A stretch of 59,260 nt of DNA, the filler included, from Squatina squatina (lineage: Eukaryota), in NCBI GenBank assembly GCA_031763465.1. It is 3 parts of 3 records of this genome, joined end to end, with 100 filler letters (N's around TTAATTAATTAA, not from the genome) between each part and the next. Parts side by side here need not be neighbours in the genome. Positions count along the whole stretch, not along the records: positions 12,644 to 43,024 come from JARFOE010000100.1; 2 more parts are not named here. One strand, 5' to 3'. This document shows positions 24,530 through 38,375 of this stretch, piece after piece. The notes beneath the pieces were generated by a model. The model was given only the letters and a program-made list of their open reading frames with translations. It made no database searches and was not told the DNA's origin. Every line of letters starts with the position of its first letter. Positions within the stretch are counted from its first letter, which is position 1. The position numbers and the translations under genes are program-made.

Positions 24530-26391
24530 TTTGTGTCTAGATTTTGTATCCATATAATTGAAAGGGCAAACTTCTTGATTGGCAGATCTGCAATATTGGT
24601 CTAATTCTCGCTTCTAGATCATTATCTGACTGCCAAGTAACTTTAGGAAAGTGACCTTATTGTCTTGATGGCTCTGGAAGTTTGATTATAGTTCATCATT
24701 GTTATCTCAGAATATTTAGATTTCCAAACCTTTGCAGCTAGAAGTCATGTACCACAAGCCTCTTACAGCCTGCTGTGCATCATCCTTACTGACCTCTTGT
24801 CCAAGTATTAAGCAGGCAGCTTTCAATCAGTTCAGCAAGAATCTGTGCTTCTGCTGTGGTCTCTGCCATTAGGCTTATATTGTTGGGAAATCATAGCTTC
24901 TCATTGACATTGGCCTCAACCTCGGTTTGTGAGTCGATATGATCTTCATCCTGTGTGTTTTGGGAATAAATAAATAGATCTCTTAAAAGAAAACTCCTGT
25001 TAATCTATCTTTGTGGTTCAAACCAGTTCTCTGCTTGTTGTCATGACAGAAGTCTTCGATTAGTAAAGCATGCTTTGATTGTGGATTGAAGTTGGCTAGA
25101 AATTTGAACAGCCTTTTCCGAAACAGATAAAAATCTAGTATTGTTTGGTTTTGCAGATGCTTCTCAGCTCTCCCATCGAAGGATAAACATAACCGTTTGG
25201 TAGTCCTGCTACCTGCGATAAAAACCAAAGGATGAATAATGAATTCAATCATCACTGGTCTATAAGGAGTCAAAGTCGTACAATCAAATATTTAGCTATG
25301 CAAATCACTTATTTTATGCAGTGACAGAAAAGTTTGATTAAAATTCTGATTCATTGACTATCTAAAAAACAACTAACTGCAAAATGGTGGCTCTGATGTA
25401 TCCCTGGTGAACCCATGTCTGACAAACTGAGTTTGCAATGCGCGTTTTGCAAGTCTTGTCATATAAAATATTTCCACTGTGCACTCATTTTCTTTGACAT
25501 CTTTTGCTACGATGTGCAGCTGAGATGCCACGTCTTGTTTACATCGTGGTCCTGGTTGCAGAGCTGGATCTTAACAGGCAGCATAATGTGCCCAGATGCA
25601 TTTACATTATGGTTAATATACAAACAGGATTTTTAAAGGTGTTATGCATATGCATCAAGTAGGCAAGATTAAAACTCTTTTTACAACAACATACAACTCC
25701 TGTTTTGCAGCGAAGTAGTCAAAAAGGTAAACTGGGTGCAATTTATATGGTCACATAGTGGCTCAAGATGCTCCATTAGCTAAAGTGCTGTTACAGATAA
25801 GCACTAATGGATAGACATAGGTGCAAAAGAAATACAAGTCCCGAATAGCAGCTGACAATCATTAGCAATTTCAACCTCAGCCACACCAAAAGCATCCAAA
25901 TGCTTTAAAAAGTAATGTCTTTGTGGTTTTAAAGTTGTTTAAAAAAAAACAATGATGGGTTTATTAATTCTTTGTGGTTTGGTTTCATTGCAGCGTGATT
26001 AGTCTGTTTAGTGTGGTAAGGCTTTAGAATAGTTGTACTTTGAATATTCCCTTCAAGTGACTCGCTCCTTTCTTGAAGGTACTGATTGAGCTGGGTACCT
26101 GCTACCTTGATGTTTCTCAATCAAGTGGCACTGAGGTATTATCTAACGCAGCATAAAGCTGGGGAACCTGGGACCTTCTGATATGTACGGCGCAGTGACT
26201 CACTTCCTTACCAACTGAGTCATCAAGGAAGTCTCTGAAGTGAATACTTCCAGCAATTAAAATGTGACTTAACGTCATATCCATAAAAGATNNNNNNNNN
26301 NNNNNNNNNNNNNNNNNNNNNNNNNNNNNNNNNNNNNNNNNNNNNNNNNNNNNNNNNNNNNNNNNNNNNNNNNNNNNNNNNNNNNNNNNNN

Positions 26392-26990
26392 GCTAGCACT
26401 GAGGGACCAAAGGAATTTATGCTAAACCTTTATAAATCACTGGTTAGGCTTCAGCAGGAGTAATGCCTCCAAATCTGGGCACCACACTTTAGGAAGGATG
26501 TCAAGGCCTTAGGAAGGGTGTAGAGAGATCTACTAGAATAGTACCAGGGATGAGGGACTTCAGTTATGTGGAGAGACTGGGGTTGTTCTCCTTGGAGCCA
26601 AGGAGAGAAGGCCAAGGGGAGATTTAATAGAGGTGTTCAAAATAATGAGGGGTTTTGATAGAATAAACAGGGAGAAACAATTTCCAGTGTCAGAAGTGTC
26701 AGTAACCAGGGGCCACAGATTTAAGGCAATTGGCAAAAGATTGAGATGAATGATGAGCAGAATTGTTTTTACACGGCATGTTCTTGTGGTATGGAATGCA
26801 CTGCCCTGAAAGGGTGGTGGAAGCAGGTCCAGCAGCAACTTTGAAAAGGGAATTTGATATATAGTTGAAAAGGAAAAATTTGCAGGGCTGTGGGAAAAGA
26901 GCAGGGGTGTGGGTATAATCGGATAGCTCTTTCCAAGAGCTGACCCAGGCACGTTGGGCTGACTGGCCCCCTGCTGTGCTGTATGATTCC
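26392..26990 (+). mobile_element. CR1 (HER1-like) LINE 3' portion
   Basis: Degenerate MLNLYKSLVR...WAPHFRKDVKAL...PGMRDFSYVER...RGDLIEVFKIMRGFDR...TRGHRFK...WNALP..., ending in gggctgactggccccctgctgtgctgtatgattc. Confidence 0.9.
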
Positions 26991-28458
26991 AGACTTGGAC
27001 TGGTATGAAGCCTTGCCGCGAATGCTTGACATCTTACCTCATGCAGCGACATTTGCTGTCTGAGTTCCACAATTTTGTTTAAAGGCCCTGGAGGCAGTGA
27101 CCGTGCTGATTTCTGAGCTGACTAGAGCAATAACAAATCACCTATCCTGCTCTAATGCTTCCACAGATTGTGGCGGTGATGCACTTACCTGCCCTGTCAG
27201 CTATTAATATTCTTCAATAACTACTTGTCAAGAACTGCATGGTAGCATTGCTAAAGAACCGTAACTTTATTAAAAGTGCCTCGTAGGCGAGTTGGATTGT
27301 CTCAGGCTAAGTTAAAATTACAGACGTAGCTCTCCACCTGCAACAATGCAATTTGTTTCACTGCAAATCATACATCCCTACGCTTCACTTCACAAGTTAA
27401 CATGGTTCAGTCACCTCCCGCTCATTAGATCCAGGTCTGACCTAACCCACTTTTGTCCCTGCAAATCGCTAGCACCTGGATTTCTCCCCAGNNNNNNNNN
27501 NNNNNNNNNNNNNNNNNNNNNNNNNNNNNNNNNNNNNNNNNNNNNNNNNNNNNNNNNNNNNNNNNNNNNNNNNNNNNNNNNNNNNNNNNNNTCCCTTACC
27601 ACTGAACGCACTGCCGGTATGGTCACAATATATACTCAGGACTGGAGAGGAGTGCAAGGGATCATGCATGGATGGTTCATGGATGGTTCAGACTGCACAG
27701 TCACTTTGTTTTTCACAGCCAAGTCAATTAGCTTAATCAATAGCAGAATAAACACCACAGTCAAGTCTATGATGGTCCTTGACCTTATCTCAGAACAATT
27801 ATCTGTTATCTAAGATTCTGCCGTGTGATTTTCTTCGAATTTGACAAGATCCATTCGAATTATTTTCCTTCTAAACTCTTCATCATTCAAGTACTGAGAC
27901 CAGCGCTTAAATATTGTTTACACAGAGTCTAATAACTTCTTTTACTTTGAATTGTTAGCTTTGTACACCGTTGACAGCAGAAAATATTAACAACTAAAAT
28001 ACCTAATAGAAGACTAATTGAGTTGGTGATCCACACTCAAAACCTTTTGTTGTCATAGATGTGGTTGGCAGAGCTCTTCGTGTCCCCCACTGAATATAAC
28101 CTTTAACACAGATTCATTGCCTTTCCCAGGAGATTACATGGCTGCAGGGGAGTTGGGGGAGGGTGTTGTGGGGGTGGGGTTGGCGGTGGTGGGAGGGATT
28201 TATATGGCCTTGTATTTATAAAGAACCTTGGTTAAACCATACTTGAAGGACTGTGTACAGTTTTGGGGGGCCGTGCTTGTAGCGCAAGGTCCCGAAATGG
28301 TCTGATTTGTTGCGCCGTTTCAGCGCTGGTGTGAAAATTCACAGGAATGATCCCTTGAAGAATTTTCTGTCTGGCGTGGTGCTGATGGGGCATCATTTGA
28401 GCGCCACTTGACTCAGCTATGGTGCTGAGGGGGCGAGGCAGTTTCAATGCATTTGACC

Positions 28459-28700
28459 TATGTTCACGCCCGGGTGTCCCTGCAGATGGAGCACGCGGTG
28501 TCCGCCGGTACACTTGAGGCCTTCCGTGACCGGTGGGCACCGGGGGGACTGGAGTGCATCTTCACCGGGGATAACAGGGTTTTAATTTGAACACTGGGTT
28601 TTAGTTTACTTTTTTGCTTGTTGAAAGTTGATTTGGTAAAGTTTAATTTGTTAATCATTGTTTTTTACTTTGGGCGTAATCAAAAGTGGAACTGTTTTCA
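28459..28700 (+). mobile_element. Tx1/L1-clade LINE ORF2 C-terminus and T-rich 3'UTR
   Basis: YVHARVSLQMEHAVSAGTLEAFRDRWAPGGLECIFTGDNRVLI*, with the F...W terminal motif typical of Tx1-like ORF2, followed by a T-rich tail. Confidence 0.7.
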
Positions 28701-29573
28701 CTNNNNNNNNNNNNNNNNNNNNNNNNNNNNNNNNNNNNNNNNNNNNNNNNNNNNNNNNNNNNNNNNNNNNNNNNNNNNNNNNNNNNNNNNNNNNNNNNNN
28801 NNGCACTGAAGGAACCTTTTGATGGAAAATGTTCAGCCGGCTGTGCTTAATATTCTTTTATTCAGCAAAACTGTGGTCAATGTGCAAAGTAAACGTACCT
28901 GGGCTGATTTCACTTGAGGTACTTTAAAAAAGAATTAGATTAATTAGATTTGCAATTGTAAGTAAAGTAGAATGGCATTCAAAAGAAACCAATGAGGCAG
29001 CAAACGGCAGGATAGATAAGCCATCCAGTGAGTGGAAAATGGCTGCTGTTCAGACCCCATTCTCATTAAAGGAGCGAACTCCACTAAGTTTTTACAGAAA
29101 GGTGATTTTCAATACAGCATTAATATTAATTCTTTCCTTGATCATCTCTATTAAATAGCACTAAAGTATCCTAGCAACCTCTGCAATACGGGGCATGACA
29201 GAATGTGTTTCAAGTAAAAAAATGGAACCTCCTTTCATGTTTATTCAGCTTTTTAAGGTCGCGCTGTTAAAACTTCAGACTAGAAAAGCCCACATGTGAG
29301 GGAAATGATTGCAATTCCTCTTCATTTGTCCACCTTTTCTTTTGACAAAAAATTGCTAATTTATCCAACGGAAATGACCAGAATACAAATTTTTAGGCCA
29401 CTCGTTATTCAATCAACCTTTTCCTACTCATAAAACCCTCCCAGAAATCTCTGATTCTGGCCTCTTGTGCAGGNNNNNNNNNNNNNNNNNNNNNNNNNNN
29501 NNNNNNNNNNNNNNNNNNNNNNNNNNNNNNNNNNNNNNNNNNNNNNNNNNNNNNNNNNNNNNNNNNNNNNNNN

Positions 29574-29595
29574 ATATATATATATATATATATAT
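29574..29595. repeat. (AT)n microsatellite at a gap edge
   Basis: atatatatatatatatatatat. Confidence 0.9.
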
Positions 29596-32500
29596 CAAAA
29601 TCTAAACTGTCTGTGCACTCTCCCTTTTCTAAGCTTTATCTTTTATACCCTGCTTCTAAAGTTGCTGGCAATCTCAAACGTATTATTGGGGTTCAATTTA
29701 GCTATTCCCTTATGTATCTTTAATACTTGAATAATATCCACTTGAAACTTCTCTCAGGTAAATAGCAGCAGGATAAATGGACTGGAAAATAAGAGACTAA
29801 TGGATAACTTTCTAAAGCTCCTGTACTGAGAGTAATAAATGGAGCAGTGAGCTGTGAAATGCAGAGCTACACGGGATGGCAATTGTACCAAATGCACTGT
29901 ATAAGTAATGCCTGCGCCAGCACTCAAACACTCACCATTAGCCAGAGCCTCAGATCTCTATTTCAGCCTTCTTGGTTAACAGGATCAGGGCTCCATTTTA
30001 ATTTGACAACTACATATAATGAGCTGCTCAATATCCTGTAATTCAGCAACTTCCCTGACTGAGTCAGCAGCCTGAAACAAATTATAAATTAATTGTGTTT
30101 TTCACTTCTTTGATGATTCCCAGCACTTTGGATATTATAACCTCCTCAGGTGGCACCATAGCCCAGTATGTCTCCTGGCCCTTGGCTGCCAAACTGGGTG
30201 TCCCCAGTAATCTTTGACAATGCAAGTGGTTCTTCACTATCCATCACTTTTGGATAGCATTGAGTTGAACTACATCAATATGTAGTAAAGCCTGCCCATA
30301 CGCACTCGCTCACTGTTTTCATCCCTATTTGTTCAATTAAGCTAATACAGTTGTGAGACCTTTACTCCTTAGCTTCACTTACCTGATCAGGGACCGGGCA
30401 GAGAAGGACATCAGGTATCTCCCTCGCTTCAGTAGTAGTGCGAAAAGCATTTTAGTCCCTTTGCCATAAGACTGAATTTGTCTCCTCCCTTACCTGTACA
30501 ATNNNNNNNNNNNNNNNNNNNNNNNNNNNNNNNNNNNNNNNNNNNNNNNNNNNNNNNNNNNNNNNNNNNNNNNNNNNNNNNNNNNNNNNNNNNNNNNNNN
30601 NNNNNNNNNNNNNNNNNNNNNNNNNNNNNNNNNNNNNNNNNNNNNNNNNNNNNNNNNNNNNNNNNNNNNNNNNNNNNNNNNNNNNNNNNNNNNNNNNNNN
30701 NNNNNNNNNNNNNNNNNNNNNNNNNNNNNNNNNNNNNNNNNNNNNNNNNNNNNNNNNNNNNNNNNNNNNNNNNNNNNNNNNNNNNNNNNNNNNNNNNNNN
30801 NNNNNNNNNNNNNNNNNNNNNNNNNNNNNNNNNNNNNNNNNNNNNNNNNNNNNNNNNNNNNNNNNNNNNNNNNNNNNNNNNNNNNNNNNNNNNNNNNNNN
30901 NNNNNNNNNNNNNNNNNNNNNNNNNNNNNNNNNNNNNNNNNNNNNNNNNNNNNNNNNNNNNNNNNNNNNNNNNTGTTTCCTATTTGTACATGTATATTCA
31001 CAGGCACCTTCCATGTACTTAATCTGCCAGCATTGCATGGCATTGAGGTATCTCTTTTGGGTAAAAGACTCATTAAGGGATATCATGTTATTACACAGCT
31101 CACTAGATCTATCAGGCTGAAACCCACAGAGCAATACAAATATCTTCAAGCTGGAATAAAATACTGTTTCAGTGTAACCTCCATTAGCCACACTCCAATT
31201 TTCCGACAACCTGATTATCCATCAGAATTTTCATGGGACAAAGTCTTGTAAAAGGTCTGACCATGTTGCATAGCTCACAAGCACCAATTTCCTTCTGTCC
31301 AACATAAATCAACTTTACAGCCCAAGGAAGATTAAAATCAACGTCATTTTTAATGTTGGCTCTTGTCTTCATTTACATCTCTGGGATATTACTAATCATG
31401 TAAGCAAGAACAAAATTTGGGAACTCTCAACTTTCTGCTCAATACCAATATCGATGCAGAGACCTTCATTATGGCAGAAAATAGAGATTCCGTGTAGTTC
31501 AGATATTTACACCATGGGACCATTAGTGGTTCGGTCACAGTGGTAGCAGGGCCAAATCTCTTTTAGCACAATAAGCTGACATTTCGCTTTGAAGCAAGGT
31601 TGACTAATTGCATAATTTCATGCCAGAATCAATGAGTGTTATATCCAATACCTGGAACTCTTAAAAGGTTGCTTGCCTTAAAGCTGCCCTGCTACTGGAG
31701 AGAGAGGAATGGCTGCACAACTTAAAGAAGAAGGTGAGATGGAGCATTCCAAGATGCAGCTTTGGATGCCCGCCACCTAAGGATGCTTCTGTTTGGAGCA
31801 GAGATAGGTGTCCTCTTGTCAAGAGCAGACTGGGCAGAATTTACAGAGAGGGTCAGTGCAGTACTACATGGTTACTGATTTTGGGAACGGACAGGAAAGA
31901 AATGTGTTGAGCTCTGAAAGGTTGCTAAGTTAAGTGNNNNNNNNNNNNNNNNNNNNNNNNNNNNNNNNNNNNNNNNNNNNNNNNNNNNNNNNNNNNNNNN
32001 NNNNNNNNNNNNNNNNNNNNNNNNNNNNNNNNNNNNTTTCCAATTTGGTTAATTGGTTGCTTGGCAGATAACATGGCTTCACTATGTTGTAAAGTTTGCT
32101 TATTATTATTTCTGAAATAAATATCCTGACCTTTTCAGCAATCTGGTGTCCCTGCATCTTCATGCCAGCAATTCCAGAGGTAATACTCGAGTACGGAAAG
32201 CAGATGAGAGGCTGAAGCAATGAGCTGTGAAAAGCACATCCACAGAGTATGGTAATGCAACCTATTGCATTACATAAACAATGCCCAGAGCAAAACACAC
32301 ACCCAGCTACAATATTAGATAAAGCTAAGTGTCACTTAAGGTTAGAGGAGAAAGTTCTCTGAGGTGGGTTTGTCTACTGGGACAAGGTTGCATAATTTGC
32401 TTTAATAGCATGCTTTAATATACTCAAGTGAATGCAGCATTTAAAAACTGGCATCTGCAGAGTGAGAAGCAAGAAAATAAACTAAAATGCTTCAACTTTG

Positions 32501-34736
32501 GAGGACCAGCAATCAGTAAATAAGACCATATGTCAGTAAAAAGCAACGCATTTGCTATTTAAGTAATAAAGGATCTCCATATTTTTGCTTTGATGATTTA
32601 TTAAGTATTAATAATATGCCATTGAATTTGATTGCTTGGATGTTTGATTAATAGAGTAAATTCCAGCAAAGAGTGGCAATAAGTCATTAATCATGTTTCT
32701 GTTGAAAACATATTGTTTTCACGTAAGGGTGATTCTTTAATTAAGATTAACTAGAAGGACAAACGACGNNNNNNNNNNNNNNNNNNNNNNNNNNNNNNNN
32801 NNNNNNNNNNNNNNNNNNNNNNNNNNNNNNNNNNNNNNNNNNNNNNNNNNNNNNNNNNNNNNNNNNNNATAAATCCTTACATCCCTGTGAAATGTAGAGA
32901 AGGCCTGAAGGATTCTGAGGCAGCTGGTCTGATCTCTGACTGGAGGAGATAACAGTTGATGAAGGTATTGACTGATGTGGGCTTCAAGCTGGTCCTGGGT
33001 GAAGTCTGGCAGAGGCAACAAGCATTCTGCCTCTATTCTCCTTTAAATTTATCTTTGATGGGCTTTAAATATAAGGTCACAGTCAACCCTGCAATCAGAG
33101 ACGGGCAGTGTTAACATTAGTGGAGGGCTTATTATGCAAGTGGCAGCTGAAGTAAATTCTTCGTCTCTCTGAGGTGGTCTCTAATGCTCATGATAAATTA
33201 TTCTAGCCCTCCAACCACACCTGAAATATGAAATTTCCCATGCCCTCCTTTTATTGGTGCTTTTGAACCAGAGTTAGACATGGGATCAGCTTCTTTGTAT
33301 TCCCTTCTTTCTTCCTTGTAGTAACTGTCTGTGATCCAAGCTTGTCAGCAGCGCTTCGTTCTTTAATCACACTTGCAGTCGCCTTGATCTTGGCAGCGGT
33401 GAATGTATCTGTACACCTTGAAATAGCATTGCAGGGAAAAGAACTGGCAGATCACTGCGGCTATGCCTTTTTGATTTGTCGCCTTTCTGCTAAGTAGCCT
33501 AGTTTGGGAAATAAAGCGCCACAATTGTCTATGCCATGCTGTAAGGTTACACCATGTCCCATACAAACATGAGCAGTAAAGCAAAAAGTTGAGAAAGGGA
33601 AACGCATGGCTGTGAGGGTTTCCTGTGAAGCGCATCCTTTCAGTTGCTGTAGGCAAAACAGGACTAATTTCATAGGAGACTGCAAGAGAATTATCTCATC
33701 GTCTTATGAATAGCCATGATGTATTTTCCCTCCTGTTGTTGGATGCAATGTACCAACTGTCTTATGACATGAATTAAGATTTGACGAATCGTGAATACAT
33801 ATGGTGGATATTTTTAACCCTCGTTACTCCTAATGATNNNNNNNNNNNNNNNNNNNNNNNNNNNNNNNNNNNNNNNNNNNNNNNNNNNNNNNNNNNNNNN
33901 NNNNNNNNNNNNNNNNNNNNNNNNNNNNNNNNNNNNNTCTGCAAATTTGATGGGATCTCTTATGATCTTAAAGCTGAATGAAGTTTTAAGCCAGCCAGGA
34001 CCTTCAGTCTACGAGCCTCAGTGAGCGACTTCGAAGCACTATCCATCCAGTCTAACTACAAAGAACAACCTCCCTAAGGGGCTTATTAAAAACTGTTCTG
34101 AACATTTATCAACTGAGGCACATTTGTTTGTTGTGTGAGTTATTATTCTGTTGAATTTGATTGGTGAACTGTTTATCACAAGAAAGGAAAGAGGTATTAA
34201 AGAGTGTACTAAAATAAATGAAATAAACAGGCCCAATTAAGAAGAATGATTTAGCCATATCTGGTAATCTGGCATTTAAATGTGATCGCAGCACAGATTT
34301 TTGAAAAGTATGTTCAGGTGCTAAAGGGCCTTTGAGGTGGCCAAGATGGGGTCTTGAGCTGAAACACTGTTTAGCTGTGTTTAGCGCAAGACGCCATCTT
34401 GGTAAAGGAGTTGAAGCACGCGCTAGGAACGCCCACCCAGAGGCTTGTGCAGGGGCTGATTAAGGAGGCTGCACGGCATTTTGGTGGCTAACACTTATCC
34501 TAACACTCTCTCTTAACAACTACAAGCTGTTTGGGAGTAAACAAGTCATTGATGTGCATTTCAATGTGCTACTTTAAGGGATATTCACCATTTCATGTTC
34601 ACTTGCTGCTGGAGCTGTGAAAAGAACATCTGCAGCACATTAGGAGACTTTCTGGGACACTTTGTCAAGACTTCACCAACACTCGAGCAGTATTTTTTTC
34701 TGCAAATTTTCTGAGGACCTCACCTACAAAGAATAA

Positions 34737-35073
34737 GGGGTCGATATTTCCCTATTTTCTCACACCTGCGAGGGGCGCTAACGGGACGAATAAGAAAAAA
34801 AATGGCATTTGGAGGTGGCTGTCTCACCTATAGGGAAATTCCTCGGGTGTTCCCGAGGCGCCTCGCCCGGGGGATTTTGCAGATCGAAGTGCCCCGTCAT
34901 CAAAGCGCGCACTAAGCCTTTACCGCCCCGCCGCGACCCCACATCGCCACCCTGTCGCCCCACGGGTGAAATTCTACGGCGGGGTGCAACGGCCGCAGCT
35001 GTCGGTGGCAATGGCAGTTCGGCTGTCGTTGCAGGGGTGCCCTTCAGGGGAGGGCCAGAGCGCCGGAGGCCAC
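34737..35073 (+). mobile_element. GC/CpG-rich DNA transposon end (Harbinger-like), truncated by a gap
   Basis: TAA (34734-34736, a Harbinger-type target) followed by GGGGTCGATATT and a sharp rise in GC/CpG content. Confidence 0.5.
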
Positions 35074-35173
35074 NNNNNNNNNNNNNNNNNNNNNNNNNNN
35101 NNNNNNNNNNNNNNNNNNNNNNNNNNNNNNNNNNNNNNNNNNNNNNNNNNNNNNNNNNNNNNNNNNNNNNNNN

Positions 35174-35520
35174 GCAACACTTCATCCCATCTCCATGAAG
35201 CTCCCCACTGGAGTGGAGCTAATCTACAGGACGAGTGGGAAACTGTTCAATGTCTGCCGCCTCTAGTCCAGAACCAAGACCACCCCAACCTCTATCATCG
35301 AACTGCAGTACTCAGACGACGCTTGTGTGTGTGCACACTCGGAGGCTGAGCTCCAATGCATCATGGATTTATTCATCGAGGCATACGAGAGAATGGGCCT
35401 CACACTAAACATCCGCAAGACAAAGCTTCTACACCAGCCTGCCCCAGCCGCACAACACCAACCCCTGAATATCAAGATCCACAGCGAGCTCCTGGACAAT
35501 GTGGATCACTTTCTCCCTCT
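35174..35520 (+). mobile_element. RTE-clade LINE reverse transcriptase fragment (pseudogenised)
   Basis: LPTGVELIYRTSGKLFNVCRL*SRTKTTPTSIIELQYSDDACVCAHSEAELQCIMDLFIEAYERMGLTLNIRKTKLLHQP...LDNVDHF. YxDD box at 35309-35320 and in-frame stop at 35264. Confidence 0.9.
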
Positions 35521-36454
35521 GGCAATGCCATCAAAATATGGATAGACTGGTTATTTGTCTCACTGCTGCTTAAGGGACCTTGCTGTTATCACTTCCGGAT
35601 GCCCTGAGATGTGCTATATAAATGTAAGGTCTTTCTTTAACACTCTGAAATCAACTTAACAGTTCCAGTTCATTCAACAGATGACGCCATCAAATCTTTA
35701 CTCCTTGTGCCTGGCAAATGTAGCCAGGAGGGTTAATCTGTCTCCTCCATCTGTTTTCAGAAAAACATAAATAAAAGGATCCCAGGTGATGCATGTGTTA
35801 TAGCTCATCACTCTGACTGAGACTCAGTTACCCACAGCGCTAATTGATATGGCACATTATCTTGGAAATTGTCCCACTGCACACAAAAATGTTTTCTAAA
35901 AATATCCATGTTTGTTGAAACACTCCCATGTGCCAAGCACATTTTGTTGCATTAACAATTCTATACAACTGGATAATAATGAGGCAATCAGTTCCTTTAA
36001 AACAGTACTCATCACGGATCATCCTGCAGCAATGGAATACACTATCTCTCTCATGGGAGTACAGTTTCATGCAATGTGTCAATGGACACACTATTATGGA
36101 CCTGGACTCACAACCCCTTTGAAATTTTAATGAAGGAATGGAATATTCTATCGCTTTAGGGTCAAAGACCTGTAACGGGTGATGTGGGAGGCAGGATCTG
36201 GTGAGAATAACAATGTAAAAAGTCAGTATACCTGTGTAGTAAACTAAAAGTGTGCACCATCTGTTTCCTTTAACTACCGGAGAGAACGTTCCTTTTTGCA
36301 TAGCTCACGGAGGCTGTTTCGTGGAAGATACTGAGTAGCATCACAATACAAGATGGGCACATACATACAATATAATAAGTGCACTGAGCCAGTTATTTTT
36401 TACTATCATTTTGCTGAGGGCCACAATTTTGCTCTCTTTGGGTGTTAGCTGCTG

Positions 36455-36852
36455 TTCGGTCGCCCTCTCGCCTCAGAGTCGGGAGGTCATGGGTTCAAGC
36501 TCGACTCCAGATATTGAGCACGAAATCCAGGCTCCCAATGCAGTCCTGAGGGAGCGCCGCACTGTCGGAGGGGCAGTCCTGAGGGAGCGCCGCGCTCTCG
36601 GAGATGCTGTCTTTCGGTTGAGATGTTAAACCGAGGCCCTGTCTGCACTCAAGTGGAAGTAAAAGATCCCATGGCACTCTTTGAAGAAGAGCAGGGGAGT
36701 TCTCCCCAGTGTCCCGGCCAATATTTATCCTTCAACCAACATCACAAACAGATTATCTGGTCATTATCACATTGTTGTTTGTGGGAGCTTGCTGTGCGCA
36801 AATTGGCTGCCACGTTTCCTACATTACAACAGTGACTACACTTCAAAAGTAC
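36455..36852 (+). mobile_element. tRNA-derived DeuSINE (SacSINE1-like), near full length
   Basis: B-box-like GGTTCAAG, Deu-domain-like GTAAAAGATCCCATGGCACT...GAAGAAGAGCAGGGGAGTTCTCC, and 3' part aaattggctgcc...acattacaacagtgactacacttcaaaagtac. Internal ~32-bp tandem duplication at about 36540-36603. Confidence 0.85.
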
Positions 36853-36952
36853 NNNNNNNNNNNNNNNNNNNNNNNNNNNNNNNNNNNNNNNNNNNNNNNN
36901 NNNNNNNNNNNNNNNNNNNNNNNNNNNNNNNNNNNNNNNNNNNNNNNNNNNN

Positions 36953-37105
36953 CTCCGTTTAGTGTCTCGTCTGAAGGATGGCACCCCCTCAGTACTGTAC
37001 TGGAGTGTCAGTCCAGATTTTTAATCTCAAATCCCTGAAGTAGGATTTGAACCCACAACCTCCTGACTCAGAGTCAAGGGTGCGATCAACTGAGCTACTG
37101 GCTGC
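36953..37105 (-). mobile_element. DeuSINE 5' (tRNA-like) fragment
   Basis: cctcagtactgtactggagtgtcag...ttgaacccacaacctcctgactcagag...caactgagc, the reverse complement of the head at 57232-57345. Confidence 0.8.
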
Positions 37106-38375
37106 CACTCTTAAAAAAAAAAGCACTGCCTTTTTACTCAACTCAGTGTTGCTCTCCACTTTTCTGTCCTCCGCAGATTCTTCATTACATCAACTTACAT
37201 GTAATATATAACATTTCCTTTATCTTTTGTTTTTGTTCTTTGTTAACATCCTCTCAGCTATGAATCAGGTGGAAAGCAATAAATGCTTGAATTATAAATC
37301 TGTGCTGGTGTCTCCCTTTAATAATCTGCTTGCTGTTGTCAAACAGTTTGGTTATTCAGCTGTCCACTCTGTCATTTGCTGACCTTGTTCTTTAGGAAGT
37401 CACTAATGGTGTTTCTTTAGCTCTGGGCATCAGTCATCTCTATAGATTTAATTTAATGCTTAGATATTGAGGAATAACAGAATTTGGGATTTCTGGCATC
37501 TCAAGTACTTTTCAGTTTTCAGTTGAGAAATAAATATTGTAGGAAAGTCTTCAGCCTCCTTCAAGAGCAATTTTAGTCAGAAAGCTTCTGTCTCCAGGTC
37601 CATCATGGATGTAATAATAAACATAGATCTCAGAGATTTGCACACAACATGAGATTGCCACCAGAAAAGTCATTTTTCACACTGGCATGGAGATCCTTTA
37701 GAGGCCTTGCTGCCCATCCCAGGTCTCCTGCTGCGACTAAACTTCAAAAATAATTCATTGGCTGTGAAGCACTTTGAGCATCAAGAGGGCATGAAAGAGG
37801 CAAGTTTTTTCTTTTGCTGCAACTACTGAAATGTTGAGATGAGAAAAGGTGGCAAAGAAGAACTGGAAATAGTGTTGAAATCTTTCACTGCAAAAAACAG
37901 AATAAATCATTGCCGAGATATGGAAACATACAGAAGCAACAAGTCTGATTGGTATTTAGGTGTGTTTACTTAGAACAATGTATTCAACTGGTACCAAGGA
38001 ATGTGAACATAAATGTATGATCCATCTATCCCCCTTCATTACCATTCATTACCACATTCAATTACCATTAAGTCCTCTCCCCGCCCAGCTCAGTCCCACG
38101 TCCACTTGAGCCAATTTGCTAATGTACCAGACTGGATCGCTCTCTTTTCTTAGTGCTGCTGCTGACACTGGAAACGGGATAGCCGAGTGTTTGTACCATG
38201 TAGACGGGAATTCTTGTTCTCAGAATACCACCCATATTCAGCAGCTGGAATCAGGTGGGGGAATGGGGTGGCCTGGGGGAAACAAGGGCCTGGTTTGCAC
38301 TAATTCTATTCTACCCTTGATTCTATTCTATGATTTATGATTCTATTCTATCATTGGGATTTGATTTTATGATTT

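Noticed and set aside
28147-28197. G-run tract with G-quadruplex potential (also about 40947-41068)
   Set aside because: Low-complexity G-rich sequence next to repeats, with no evidence of function.
30429-31251. Long ORFs of 214-257 aa
   Set aside because: They are open only because they span the 471-N gap. The same applies to the many X-containing ORFs across 100-N gaps.
34778-35198. GC-rich ORFs or a CpG-island promoter
   Set aside because: Begins at a TAA/GGGG TIR-like boundary and spans a gap; better explained as a transposon end.
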